A stretch of DNA of 64,000 bases from Eledone cirrhosa (taxonomy: Eukaryota): positions 42,284,001-42,348,000 of the forward strand of contig OZ024755.1 in the NCBI GenBank assembly GCA_964016885.1, read 5' to 3'. The first letter of the stretch is position 1, and every line of letters begins with the position of its first letter. The notes beneath the pieces are model-generated. The model was not told the DNA's origin and searched no databases. It saw only the letters and a program-made list of their open reading frames with translations. Positions 1-17,528 of the stretch are shown here, one piece after another. The translations under genes were made by a program, and so were the position numbers.

Positions 1-2778
<2,778 letters not shown>

Positions 2779-2967
2779 AAAATTTAAGTAAGTAAGTAAA
2801 ACATTTTTTAAAGATTTTTAAAAAAAATATTTTCTTATTTTACGTCTTTTATATTATTGTTCTGCACCCTCCTGCATTGAACCACCTAGGTACTATGACA
2901 TAACCTGTGTATTTGCTGGCATGGACGTACATCTGTGCGCCTATGTTAGTTGATATATTAAATTATC

Positions 2968-4393
<1,426 letters not shown>

Positions 4394-5347
4394 ACTAGAC
4401 ATGAAAAATGCGCAAGCTCAAAAGTGCCACAGAATGTTATAATAAACCTTCAAAAGTGTGGGACTAGAGTTGTTGCTAAAAAATATTGTAATCATTATAT
4501 ATCGTACATTCTGTAGCATCCTTTATAAAAATAGCTTAAACCAACGAAGCCTTTATTTTTACGCTATTTCACTTAGTTAATTCTTAGAGTGTAACATATA
4601 AAAATATGATTTACAACTATAAAATAAATAAATTAATATAATAACAGAGCTGCGGAGCTGAAATTTAGGAAATAATGGAGTATCGGATCCTGAGTTGGAG
4701 CCAGTCAATTTTTGGCCGACTCCGCAGCCCTGTATAATAAATTTCATATTAAAGTTATTAATAAACCTATTTTACACTGCATGCAAATTACCATGAGATA
4801 TTGATATTAGATATAAGATACAGCGCAATATCTACAGCTGTAAAAGTACGAAAGCGAAGTAATAATAAGTGGCTTAAGGTAATTCTAATATGAAAGTTTG
4901 TAGTGATAAAAATTTGATAATGCAATACGATTGTTAATATTATAGTTCTATGAAAATGTAACATAGATAACTAAATTATTTTACTATTAGTATATTTAAG
5001 AAATTATCATTATAGATTTGATCGTTCATATAAGCATCATATTAATTTTCAACACAATTATTTTGTTACTATGAGTATATGATAATAATTACGTAATTAT
5101 TTATAGCTGTTATTACATTAAACATAGATGTATTTATTTTTATATGTTACACTCTAAGAATTAACTAAGTGAAATAGCGTAAAAATAAAGGCTTCGTTGG
5201 TTTAAGCTATTTTTATAAAGGATGCCATAGAATGTACGATATATAATGATTACAATATTTTTTAGCAACAACTCTAGTCCCACACTTTTGAAGGTTTATT
5301 ATAACATTCTGTGGCACTTTTGAGCTTGCGCATTTTTCATGTCTAGT
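4394..5347. mobile_element. Non-coding foldback/MITE-like element with ~213-bp terminal inverted repeats
   Basis: 4394-4606 (ACTAGACATGAAAAATGCGC...) is the near-perfect reverse complement of 5135-5347 (...GCGCATTTTTCATGTCTAGT). No ORF; TSD unclear. Confidence 0.8.
4645..4732. mobile_element. 88-bp hAT-type MITE nested in the foldback element
   Basis: TIRs CAGAGCTGCGGAG / CTCCGCAGCCCTG; exact 8-bp TSD TATAATAA at 4637-4644 and 4733-4740. Confidence 0.8.
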
Positions 5348-5896
5348 TTAATATTTTTTTAAGGCAACGCTTGTAATAACTCTAGTTAAACAGGATATAT
5401 ATTAATAATAAATTATCGTTGTAATGTAATTAGATTATGTAATTGTTATTATAAATTATCTTATAAATATTAGTGTAAGATGTATAAAAATATTTTCAGA
5501 CTTTTAATATAAACAACTACAAAAAACAATCAATATTAAATCAATATATTATACATAATAGAAAACATAAAATAAACAATACAAAAACAAAATATTTACA
5601 TACAATTGCAATTATCAGTGTATATACATTTTCTTTATATTCCCTGAGCAAATTAATAAGATTTGTTTTTATTGTACATAATTTGATGACTTGTTGGAGT
5701 GTATTAAAAGATAGCAACAATTTGTGATTAAATTGTTATCTTAAGCAACTCACTTTTAATAGTTGTTGGCTGAGCGAAATTGTAAAAGCCTATGAGCAAA
5801 TATAAAAAAAATACACAAACAACATTTCCTTGTGTTATTACAACATTAGATAAAATAATTGAGCAATGTCGTTATATTTTGCTCTTATTGCACATT

Positions 5897-6068
5897 AATA
5901 GTGTTTCTATTTTTCGGCACAAATCCATTACGGCAGTCCATTACTGGTACTTTATTTTATCGAATTAGTAAGTATGAAAGTCGAAGTTAACCTCGGCAGG
6001 ATTTGAACTTAGAATGCAAAGGACCATAACAATACTGCAAAGCATGGTGTCTGACGCTCTACCAATAC
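5897..6068 (-). mobile_element. tRNA-derived SINE (Nin-domain type), diverged copy
   Basis: Similar to the copies at 26481 and 30406 (ACTGGTACTTTATTTTATCGA...GGATTTGAACT). Confidence 0.8.
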
Positions 6069-6539
6069 TTGTGTGTTGAGCTGGTCATTAATTTATGGTG
6101 GTCGTGCGTGGAGTAGAGCAATCGCTAGTTGAAATATTATGAACAAAACATTTTTATTTGCCGAAGAACATATTTTCAATACTGTTTGTGAATGTGACGA
6201 AGGAAATACATTCTGATATGGAACAGTGTACAAAGTGTGTCTGTGAATAACATAATGTTACCTCATGTTGTTGTCAAGACATAATGGATTTCGTATATCC
6301 AGTTAGAAGATGAAACCTAGCCATCTCGGATTAGTTATATTTCATGCCATGTGTAAACGTGTTTGAGGATAGCAAAATATGCGTGTTTCTTGTCTGGAAA
6401 CTTTCTGCTAAACTGATTGGTTTCGTTTTTGGCACTATACAATACTCATCCAACAGATAGCTGTATTGGATCCTTGATTGGTTAATATTTAGGTGAGGGT
6501 GCTTGATGCAGAGTTAGTGCAAAATGGATCAATGAGTGT

Positions 6540-7192
6540 AATAATAATAATGATAATAATAATGAAAATATTGTGTACAATGCTGAGGTGCACTACAACT
6601 CATCAAAAGTGCATATATAATACATAGGGTAATATAAAAACGTCAGGAAAAAAGAACAGTGCATGAGTCATGATATACACATATGTGCATGTGTATGGAA
6701 GGGGGACATCAGGTGTAGTTTTGGTGTATTTCGGAATGTATGATGGTTTTAAAGGATGCAGTGTGTCATCAGCTAACAACTGATGCAGGAAGTTTGTTCC
6801 ATCCTTCAGCAACTCTGAGCATGAAGAAATATTTCCTAAAGTCATGGGAGCTGTGTTGTTTTCTGACTTTGTAGGCATGTCCACGTGTTAGACACATGGA
6901 GATCAAAAAGGTGTTCGGGGTTGTTGTTGGTCGGATGGTTAATAACTTTGTGGGTGTTTACCAAGTCCATTGCCAGAGGGAAGCAAAATATTCAGGGTAT
7001 GGTAGGTGTCTGATGGAGGGTATGCGCTTGGTTGCATGTCTCTGAACAGTTTCCAGGAGGTCAATGTTCTGAGCAAGATAGGGGTTCCAGACTGATGACG
7101 CGAACTCCAAGTGTATTCGTACCATAGATGTATACAGCTTTAAATAGATGGCTGGAGAGCAGCTAATGAAGGTCTTGCTGATTGATGCCAAG
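6540..7192 (-). mobile_element. CR1/L2-group LINE 3' fragment
   Basis: ORF 6958-7191 (LYTSMVRIHLEFASSVWNPY...LETVQRHATKRI) resembles the post-RT region of CR1-group LINEs; (ATT)n tail near 6540. Confidence 0.8.
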
Positions 7193-7377
7193 TCAATCTT
7201 AATAAATTGACTGATTTATCTGTTCACTACTGCTAATCCACCGCTGTTTGTACAATTTTTTAGATAATGTCAATTTGAGCTTGAATCATTGGCGTAATGA
7301 AATTTGAAAAGATTATAAGCAAATCTTTTTTAAAATACACAGACAACATTTAACTGTATCGTTGCAACATTAGATCT

Positions 7378-7557
7378 AATAATTGTTTCTACTTTAGGCA
7401 CAAGGCCAGCAATTACCCAGTGCATTACTGGTACTTTATTTTATCTACCCCGTAAGGATGAAAGGCAAAGTCAACCTCGGCAGGATTTGAACTCAGATCG
7501 TAAAGGGACGTAACTATGCTGGAAAGCATGGCATCCGACCCTCTACCAATACTGCCA
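7378..7557 (-). mobile_element. tRNA-derived SINE (Nin-domain type)
   Basis: Same family; B-box GAGTTCAAATCC on the minus strand. Partial copies also at ~8912-8963 and ~18050-18117. Confidence 0.85.
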
Positions 7558-8077
7558 AAATAATGGAGCAACATTTGTGCAGAATTATTGTTTGTGCAAT
7601 AAGATATTTGCAGATCTGTACTCGGTCTGCTCTTTAGCTAACTCGGTACGTTTAGAAGCTCTACGCTCGGCTTGCTTTTGAGATATAATAGCTGAATTTG
7701 CAGATCTATACTTGGCCTGCTTGTTTGCCAACTCATACCGTTTTGAACATCTATACTTGGCCTGTTTTTGTGTTAATTTATCAAAATTCACAGCTCTATA
7801 ATCGGCCTGTTTTTGTCTCAACTTCTCCCGATTCCGCATCCGGTAAGCTGCTTTCACATCCAATTTAATACGCCCATCTAGATTATTAGCACAGGAATGT
7901 GAACAAGCTTGTGGGACCGCATCATTGTAAGTATATGAACTGCCTGCAACATCAAGACCCAATTCACAAGTGCAGCGTTGCTCATTCACATCGGCAGTGG
8001 GGACACCAAAATCAGTGACAGGTCTCGATTCACTCGCGAGATACATCACAGCTACACTATATATTTAAACATATATA

Positions 8078-8136
8078 CAGTGATACCTCGCTACTTGGCG
8101 GTTCAACTATCGCGGATTCACGATTTCGCGCATTTT
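8078..8136 (+). mobile_element. Tc1/mariner (pogo/Tigger-like) terminus, single end
   Basis: TA followed by CAGTGATACCTCGCTACTTGGCGGTTCA; no partner TIR seen. Confidence 0.45.
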
Positions 8137-8331
8137 TAGAATATATATATGAACACCTAAAATTTTTCATTAAATCCATTAAAATATTAATAATAAACAC
8201 AGTTCTAATCATACGCTATATATATATATATATATATAAATATAAGTAATTAATACCGTATAAATGGTACAAAGACTGTTTATGTAAAATGTATTTCTCA
8301 ACAGAGTATTGAATACTTAGGAGAAATTCAA

Positions 8332-8525
8332 AACGAAGAGTGATAAAATTTCAAGCAAAGAGTTTAATTAGGTAATGACTTACAAATTTGTTTCAGTATA
8401 TAGAGAAAGCCTGAAGCGCTAATTATAATAATTAGTTAATAATATTATATGAAAGATATACTGAAACAAATTTGTAAGTCATTACCTAATTAAACTCTTT
8501 GCTTGAAATGTTATCATTCTTCGTT
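8332..8525. repeat. ~70-bp-arm inverted repeat carrying a hammerhead 3' half; probable Penelope-like remnant
   Basis: 8332-8401 is the reverse complement of 8456-8525; each arm has GAAA-CAAATTTG-TA, but no CUGANGA core is positioned correctly. Confidence 0.6.
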
Positions 8526-9974
8526 GAGAGAGAGAGAGAGAGAGATTTATCTAGTCCTTCGCTCAAGATTAATCTATAAGTTTAGATGTCTGCCTTCGTT
8601 TAAGTAAATATTACAGTAAGATTTTTAATATAAACAACTACAAAAAACAATTAATATTAAAACGAAAAAATTATCAATGATAAAAGAAGCGGATGCAACT
8701 TTTTTTTTTATAAAGTTATATTCCTGTTTCTTTAAAGAACATTTCATTTTTGTTCTATTGTAGGCGAAATAATGCAATGGTTTAATAGGGAAGATATAAC
8801 TTACCAATTATGTCTCTAACCGTGTAACGCTTTTTAAGTAGATAACTACAATTGAAAATACTAAAGAAATGGAACCAACAATTCAATTTGAAAGTCGTCT
8901 ACTTATAGTGACAGTGTATTACTGGTACTTTATTTTATCGACCCCGTAACGATGAAAGGCAAAAATGCAAATGTTTAAAATTTAAATTGCCTTAATTCTA
9001 TCGTCTGCTGTTTCATTAAAGGGAGATTCTCGTCTGTATTTAATTCTATCGTCTACTGTTCCACTAAACAGATATACCTCCACTATCGTCTCTATTTATA
9101 CATTTTAACTTATAACTTATACACATTTGATTTGAAATATTTTATCTAGTCCCCCCTCTCAATATTATGATGATTTCTTTCGAATGAAACAGTTCTAGTC
9201 CTGTAGAAGCCATTTATATATATAATTGAACTGAGTTAAAAATTCACAATATTTATAATTAAATAAGCTCGTATATATATGTGTGTATTTATCTGTTTAT
9301 TGTATTATATATAATGTGTGTATATACAGGATGCCCCCCAAAAATATATACACACTTCAACAGCATTCTAATAACTATTGCCTGTACAGGTAATCAAAGT
9401 GTCAATCGAATGTTAGTTTCGTGTTTTAACAGTACAAATTTACAATACACACATAACACACATAAAACCAGTGTATATACATACATGAGTGTGTATACAC
9501 ATACATGAATGTGTATATACAATATATATGTATATATATATATAGACACATATATTCACGGTGCAACGGTACATTAAAATATAGATGCGGGAGAGGGGGG
9601 GGGGGTGTATATATAGGGACGCTGGGGATAAAGGAGTGTAAAGCGTGTGTAATTGATATATTGAAGGAGAGGAGCGTGCAGCGATAGAGTAACAAATATA
9701 TAGAGAGGGGGAGAGATAGTATTGAAGGGGAGGAGTGCAAAGCGAAAGAGTAAGAGAGATATATATATAGAGACGGAACAGATAGAGAGAAACAGGCGTA
9801 AGTAACAGTGGAAGAGATATAGAGAGAGGTACTCTGATTAGTTGAAAATTAGCCAATGACATACGATCACCACCACCACGGCTATCCCCGAAAAATTTTT
9901 TAAGAAGCTAGGCATATATGTTAGAACACGAAAAGTGAACATTCTGTTGTTTCACACTTTTCGTGTTCTAACAG

Positions 9975-10697
9975 ATATATATTACATATATATATATATA
10001 TATATTTCATATATATATATATATATATTACACATATATATATATATTACACATATATATATATATTACACATATATATATATATATTACACATATATAT
10101 ATATATATTACATATATATATATATATATTACATATATATATATATATATATTACATATATATATATATATATTACACATATATATATATATATTACACA
10201 TATATATATATATATATATTACATATATATATATATATATATTACACACATATATATATATATTACATATATATATATATATATTACATATATATATATA
10301 TATATTACACATATATATATATATATTACACATATATATATATATATTACACATATATATATATATATTACATATATATATATATATATTACATATATAT
10401 ATATATATTACATATATATATATATATATATATTACATATATATATATATATATATATTACACATATATATATATATATTACACACATATATATATATAT
10501 ATTACATATATATATATATATATATTACATATATATATATATATATATTACATATATATATATATTACATATATATATATATATATTACATATATATATA
10601 TATATATATTACATATATATATATATATTACATATATATATATATATTACATATATATATATATATATATATATTACATATATATATATATATATAT

Positions 10698-10728
<31 letters not shown>

Positions 10729-10978
10729 TACATATATATATATATATTACATATATATATATATATATATATATTACATATATATATATATATTACATAT
10801 ATATATATATATATATTACATATATATATATATATTTCACATATATATATATATATTACATATATATATATATTACATATATATATATATATATATTACA
10901 CATATATATATATATAACATATATATATATATATATATATATTACATATATATATATTACACATATATATATATATAT

Positions 10979-11021
<43 letters not shown>

Positions 11022-11428
11022 CATATATATATATTACACATATATATATATTACACATATATATATATATTACACATATATATATATATATTACACATAT
11101 ATATATATATAACATATATATATATATATTACACACATATATATATATAACATATATATATATAACATATATATATATATATTACACATATATATATATA
11201 TATATTAAACAATTAAGTTAAAAATACAAAGTCAGTCATACAAAAGTGAGTTACAAACGAAACGAAATTTAATTTCGTTTCGTTATTTGTTTTTATATAT
11301 ATATTACATATATATATATATATTACATATATATATATATATTACACATATATATATATATATTACACATATATATATATATATTACACATATATATATA
11401 TATATTACACATATATATATATATATAT

Positions 11429-11498
<70 letters not shown>
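9975..11498. repeat. (TA)n array with TTACA/TTACACA units, interrupted by an ~85-bp island
   Basis: Directly visible; the island (11206-11291) contains the hairpin AACGAAACGAAATTTAATTTCGTTTCGTT. Confidence 0.97.
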
Positions 11499-11502
<4 letters not shown>

Positions 11503-11543
11503 CGAAACATAAGTCAATTGCATGAACTCATAATCCTTTATTT

Positions 11544-11599
11544 ACTGCTATATATATTTCGATGATAGCCATTGAATGGCTATGACCTCATCAGGCAGT
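11544..11599 (-). ncRNA. Type I hammerhead ribozyme motif (Penelope-type minimal stem III)
   Basis: Minus strand: ACTGC-CTGATGA-ggtcatagcca ttcaa tggctatcatc-GAAA-TATATA-TA/GCAGT. Stems I and II pair; loop III is palindromic. Confidence 0.8.
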
Positions 11600-12869
11600 T
11601 AGTCAGTTCTTAGATATGCCAGCTCTGTGTTTATAGTGTTGATGGTATCAGAGCCTTGGGACATATGAGCTTGTTAGGGATAATTTAATGTTGTCAGCAG
11701 GAATAATCTTAATTCTAATAGGTCAGTTTGTAGATACTAGTAGGGTTGGTATTTGACCTCAAGAGGCAGGTGGTGTTGTAAAGTTCAAACCGTCAGGCAA
11801 GATGACAATAGTTCCATATGACTGATTTTCACAAAAAGCATTCCTGGTCAGATATATATTCAATTGAGGTTTATAGTATGAAATTGAGTGTATGCTTAAG
11901 AGTATATTTGTATATGCTCTCTTGCATGAGTGCACATGTGTATATAGACATACACGCGCATTCAGAGGTATAAACATGTGGGTGGGTATGTACTAACGGA
12001 TTCGCCTAAGCTCCAAAGCCCCCAAGCTATTGTTGTGAAGATATATATCACACTCTACTTTCGTCTAGTCTAAACAATAACTCTTCCAAACACCCACTTT
12101 ACTTTTCTTTAAAAATAACACCCACCAAGTTTTATGTCTGCCTTATACTTGGATTTGGGGGCCTCTGCTGTATATATATATGCACTTGTGCGTACATATA
12201 TATATATACACACCTGTATGGATTTGTGTGTGTGGATGTGTGTGTGTGTCTGAGGGGGTAGGTATGAGTGTATGTGCAAGTCAACCAACATAAGTCTTTT
12301 TATTTGTAAATTTTCTAGTATTCTACTCTAACCATAATTTTCAGTAGTACCACCCCACATAAATTCCTCAATTTAAGAATGACCTGTAGTATCTATTTCA
12401 TACTATAAACCTCAATGTTGTTCACTTGTCCCCCTCGCTTTACGCGATTTACTGGTCCCAATAACTTTTTTTAGTTATTGCTCGCACTAACCTGAGGTAT
12501 ATGATTTTTAATGCGATGAAATACCAATAATGGTTGGAAAATCACTGACGAAGGAGTATTTTTATCATATGTAACCCATGTGTAACCACGCAGTATTCTT
12601 CTTTCTTCTCATGTTATTTATATATATATGTATATATATGTGTGTAAATGAATGAAGTATTTCCGTCGGAAAGGTACAGGAAAAAAGAGTGCTCTATGTA
12701 GGCTACAGAGCTTATGTATATACATATCTTGTGTATTTGTTTATATTTAAGTTTGTTTTTATCCCCCCCCTCCCTCATCCGCCCCCACACTCACTCACAC
12801 CTATCGTGGTCAACACGTACCTCCCCTTCTTTTACTTTATTTTGTTTTTGTTTATATATATATATAATT

Positions 12870-15800
12870 AAAATAAGACTTGTCCTAAATAGAACTACTG
12901 TGACAGTAATATCTGTGTACGCACCCCAATCCGGACTGCCTGGCGTTATAAAAGACAGATTCTATGAGACATTGATGCTCACTACCTCCCAAATAACCGA
13001 CAGTGACTACATAATTATTACTGGCGACCTAAATGGTCACGTTGGACAACATTGTGATGGCTATGTCGGAATCCATGGAGGCTATGGGTTTGGTACTAGA
13101 AATGAAGAAGGCTCCAGAATCCTGGAATTCTGTGACGCAAATAACCTAACTATCTGTAACACTAACTTCAAAAAACGAGACCACTTGATCACCTATAGAT
13201 CAGGGGAACACGCCAGTCAGATAGATTATATCCTTACCAGAATATGTGATAGAGTGTTTGTTGTAAACACTAAATCCCTCCCCCATGAAGAATGCACCTC
13301 CCAACATAGACTCATAGTCAGGACAAGACGTACTCGACAACAGAGGAGGACTATCCGCAGGAGAAAAATATGGAAGCTAAAGGACCCTACAGCCAGTAAT
13401 AAATTTAAAAGCATATTACTTGATGCTTTTGACAGTAAGGAAGAGCAATTAGAGTCGTACAATATAGAGGAACAGTGGGAATTCCTGAAAGCTAAACTGC
13501 TGAAGGCGACAGATGAAGTCTGTGGCTGGAGCAGACCTATAGGCAGGAGGAGAGTAACGTGGTAGTGGAACAGTAAGGTGGAGGAGTCAATTAAGGCCAA
13601 AAAGCAGGCTTGGAAAGTATGGCGGGATGGGGGAAGTAGAGAAGACTATCAAGTGGCCAGGAGGGAAGCTAGGAGACAAGTGTACTTCGCAAGAAGGGAA
13701 GCAGAGGAAAGAAAGTTCAAGCATGTTCTACAACGCGAGGACCAAAAACGTGAGGTGTTCAGGATTGCTAGGCAATGTGTCAAGGAAAACCATGATATTG
13801 TCGGGGAGAAGTGTGTCCTTAATGATGATGGTGTACTTGCCATCACTGATGTTGATAAGAAGGTAGCTTGGAAGTGTCACTACGAAAGGCTACTAAATGA
13901 GGAGAATAATTGGGAGAAAGACAGTCTCCCCCACATCGACCCAATAGAGGGACCAGTAGTGCAAGTTGAAGGTAGTATAATAAGTAAGGCAGTCAGAGAT
14001 ATGAAGACGGTTAAGGCGGCTGGGCCTTCGGAAATAGTTGCTGAAATGCTGAAAGCATCTGGAACGGTGGGACACACTATGGTCACCTGGATAGTAAACC
14101 AAATCATACAGAATGGGGTCGTTCCGAAGGACTGGCGTAGCAGCATCATCATTAACTGCTACAAGGGTAAAGGAGATGCCCTAGATAGGGGTAACTATAG
14201 AGGCATTAAATTAATCGACCAGGTCATGAAGGTCACAGGAAAAGTAATAGCGCAACTAATCAGAGAGCGAATTGATCTAGATGAAATGCAGTTCGGGTTT
14301 GTGTCAGGTAAAAGTACCACAGACGCTCTTTTCATTGTACGACAACTACAGAAGTACCTAGCTAAAAGTAAACCCTATACTTAGCTTTTGTTGACTTGGA
14401 GAAAGCCTTTGACAGAGTCCCTCGCTCCATTATCTGGTGGGCTCTTAGAAAACTAGGTGTTGATGAATGGCTTGTGAGAGCTATACAAGCCATGTATAAG
14501 GAAACAGTCAGCAAGGTTAGAATTAACAACGAATATAGTGAAGAGTTTAGCGTAAAAGTTGGTGTTCATCAGGGCTCCACTCTTAGTCCCCTACTATTTA
14601 TTATTGCCCTTCAGGCTATAACAGAGGAGTTCAAGACCAGCTGCCCATGGGAACTCCTATAAACAGATGATTAACGCTCATAGCTGAATCAATGGCTGAA
14701 CTAGAGAAGAAATTCCAAACATGGAAGCATGGCCTAGAAACAAAAGGCCTTAAAATTAACCTGTCTAAGAGTAAAGTTCTAGTTTGTAGGAAGGAAAATA
14801 GGGCACCGGTCCCATCTGGTAAATGGCCATGCTCAGTGTGTAGGAAAGGAGTATGCAGAAACTCCATTTTATGTCCCAAATGCAAAGTATGGGTGCATAA
14901 AAGATGTAGTGGGATCACAGGTAAGCTAACTAAGAATATAGATTTTATATGTGGCCGGTGCTCAGGAGCAATAAGTAGCAGCAAGTGCCCACAGAATACT
15001 AGCTCATTCCATTGCACAGATGGTTCTATAGAAATAGTGGACACCTTCCGTTACCTGCGTGATAAAATCAGCAGTGGTGGAGGGTCCTCTGAAAGTATAG
15101 TAGCTAGAGTCAGAACGGGATGGAAAAAGTTCAGAGAGCTTATACCACTATTGGCCGCTAAAGGGTTCTCTCTAAAAATGAAAGGCAGGCTGTATGATGC
15201 CTGCATATGAACAGCAATGTTACATGGCAGTGAGACCTGGGCACTGTGTGCAGAGGATATACGCAGACTGGAGAGGAACGAAGCTTGCATGCTCCGCTGG
15301 GTGTGTAATAGTAATATACGTGAACGGCAAAGCATAAACAAACTAAGGGAGAAATTAGGAATAAGAGGGATCAGATGTTGTTTACTCGAGAGAAGACTAC
15401 GTTGGTACGGTCACGTGATGCACATGAAAGACAACAGTTGTATAAAAACGTGCAGGACGATAAAAATAGACGGTAGCCACGGAGTAGGCAGACCCAGAAA
15501 AACCTGGGACGACTTGATAAATTCCGACCTCACACACTTACACCTCTCCAAGACAATGACACTGGACCGAGATCTTTGGCGCTGCACAGTAATACAGAAG
15601 ATCCGCCTTGCCTAAGTACAAAGCGAAACCTACAGTCGCTAAGCACCTCTAACAAAAATACACTGTCCCACTACCCCCACCCCATCCACACCAACCCTTT
15701 TAATGTAAAGTTATGTTGGTACCACAACATCCAGTCCGAAACAAATGAAGTTGTGTAGGTGTCACAACAAAAAAAAAACACAGTCCACGCTGTAATGTGG

Positions 15801-16006
15801 CCATGTAGGTAACACGGTAAAAACCTCCCAGTCCACACTGTAAACGTGGTTGGTGTTAGGAAGGGCATCCAGCTGTAGAAAACCCGCAAGACAGTCCTAT
15901 ATGAGCAAGACAACCAATCTTACCTCAAGTGGGAAAATTCCCGTCCAAACCCATGCAAGCGTGGAAGATGGACGTTAAACGATGATGATGATGATGATGA
16001 TGATGA
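12870..16006 (+). mobile_element. 5'-truncated, disabled RTE-clade LINE (APE + RT with internal PHD finger), (GAT)n tail
   Basis: Motifs SVYAPQ, GDLNGHVG, SQIDYIL, NYRGIKL, QFGF, EKAFDRVP, GVHQGSTLSPLLF. The YADD motif is mutated to stop-TDD near 14660; several other stops and frameshifts. Confidence 0.93.
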
Positions 16007-16535
16007 TATATATATATATATGTATATAAGCAGAAGGGATATTTAATTTGTTGGAAATTCAACAAATATAAATTTATATAACTGATTCAGAGTACTTGAC
16101 AGATTTCTGGAGTAAATATTCAATGATATTAAATAAATGGAAACTATATTTAATATCATTGTATATATATATATATATATATATTGTTGTTCTTATTTAT
16201 TTTTTTATTTAGTTATTTCTGCTTGCTTACTACTTCCCAAATTTGAGTGTATATATCTGTGTATATGTATGTGTATTTATGTTCCTGTCCATATTTCTTT
16301 GTAGACACTAATACGTTTGTGTAAGTTTACGTCTATATACTTTTTAGTATATGCGCGTAGTTGATTGTGTGTATGTTTACGTTCTGGATATTTATATTTT
16401 TATTCTTATATTTATATATATATATTTTTTATTTTTTTCTCCTATTTCCTTTTCGCCCGTTTTTTTCAGCCTCACTTTCATATTTCCTAAATTTTATTTT
16501 CAAATCCATATTTAATAAAAACACCATGTTTTTCA

Positions 16536-16589
16536 TTCATTCTGATGACTGAAGACAGATCTGTCTTCAAGAAACCACTGGTAAATGAA
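16536..16589 (+). ncRNA. Type I hammerhead ribozyme motif
   Basis: TTCATT-CTGATGA-c-TGAAGACAGA/TCTGTCTTCA-a-GAAA-CC act GG-TA/AATGAA: 6-bp stem I, GUA cleavage triplet, C-A mismatch at the base of stem II. Confidence 0.75.
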
Positions 16590-16718
16590 ATAATTATCTT
16601 ATGTTGTTTATTACATAACTAATAAGCTCTGTAGCCTACATAGAGCACTGTTTTTTCCTGTACCTTTCCGACGGAAATACTTCATTTACACATATATACA
16701 TATATATATATATATATA

Positions 16719-17503
16719 ATCATCATCATTGTTTAACGTCTATCTTCCACGCTAGCATGGGTTTAGATGGGAATTGTCCCACGTGAGGCAAGATTGGTTG
16801 TCTGGCGGGTTTTCTACGGCTGGATGCCCTTCCTAACACCAACCACGTTTACAGTGTGGACTGGGAGGTTTTTACCGTGTTACATACACGGCCACATTAC
16901 AGCGGGGACTGTGTGTATTTTTGTCGTGACACCTACGCGACCTCATTTATTTAGGACTGGATGTTGTGGTACCAACATAACTTCACAGAGAAAGGGTGGT
17001 GTTGATGGGGTGGGGGTAGTGGGATTGGGGTGTATATTTGGTTAAGAGGTGCCTACTGACTGTAGGTTTCGCTTTATACTTAGGCAAGGCGGGTCTTCTG
17101 TATTACTGCGTAGCGCCAAAGATCTTGGTTCAGTGAGATTGTCTTAGAGAGGTGCAAGTGTGTAAGGTTGGAATTTATCAAATTGTCCCAGGTTTTTCTG
17201 GGTCTGCCTACTCCGTAACTTCCATCAATTTTGATCACCCTGCACTATTTTATACAGCTGTCGTCTTTCATGCGCATCACGAGACCATACCAACGTAGTC
17301 TTCTCTCAAGTAAACAGCATCTGATCCCTCTTATTCCTAATTTCTCACTTAGTTCATTTATGCTTTGCCGTTCATGTATATTACTATTACACATCCAGCG
17401 GAGCATGCATGCTTCGTTCTTCTCCAGTCTGTGTAGATCCTCTGCACACAGTGCCCATCTCTCACTGCCATGTAACATTGCTGTTCGTATGCAGGCATCA
17501 TAC
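16719..17503 (-). mobile_element. RTE LINE 3' fragment (same family as 12870-16006)
   Basis: ORF 17245-17523 (YDACIRTAMLHGSE...RLRWYG), shared 3'UTR and (CAT)n tail. Confidence 0.9.
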
Positions 17504-17528
17504 ATATATATACGCACACACATATATA

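Noticed and set aside
2779-2967. Island between TA arrays with a weak inverted repeat
   Set aside because: May be another Penelope remnant, but the pairing is AT-rich and no ribozyme motif is visible.
9327-9360. Mariner-like terminus TACAGGATGCCCC
   Set aside because: Single degenerate end with no partner.
12530-12590. CTGACGA possible hammerhead
   Set aside because: GAAA is replaced by GTAA and stems I and II pair poorly; at best a decayed copy.
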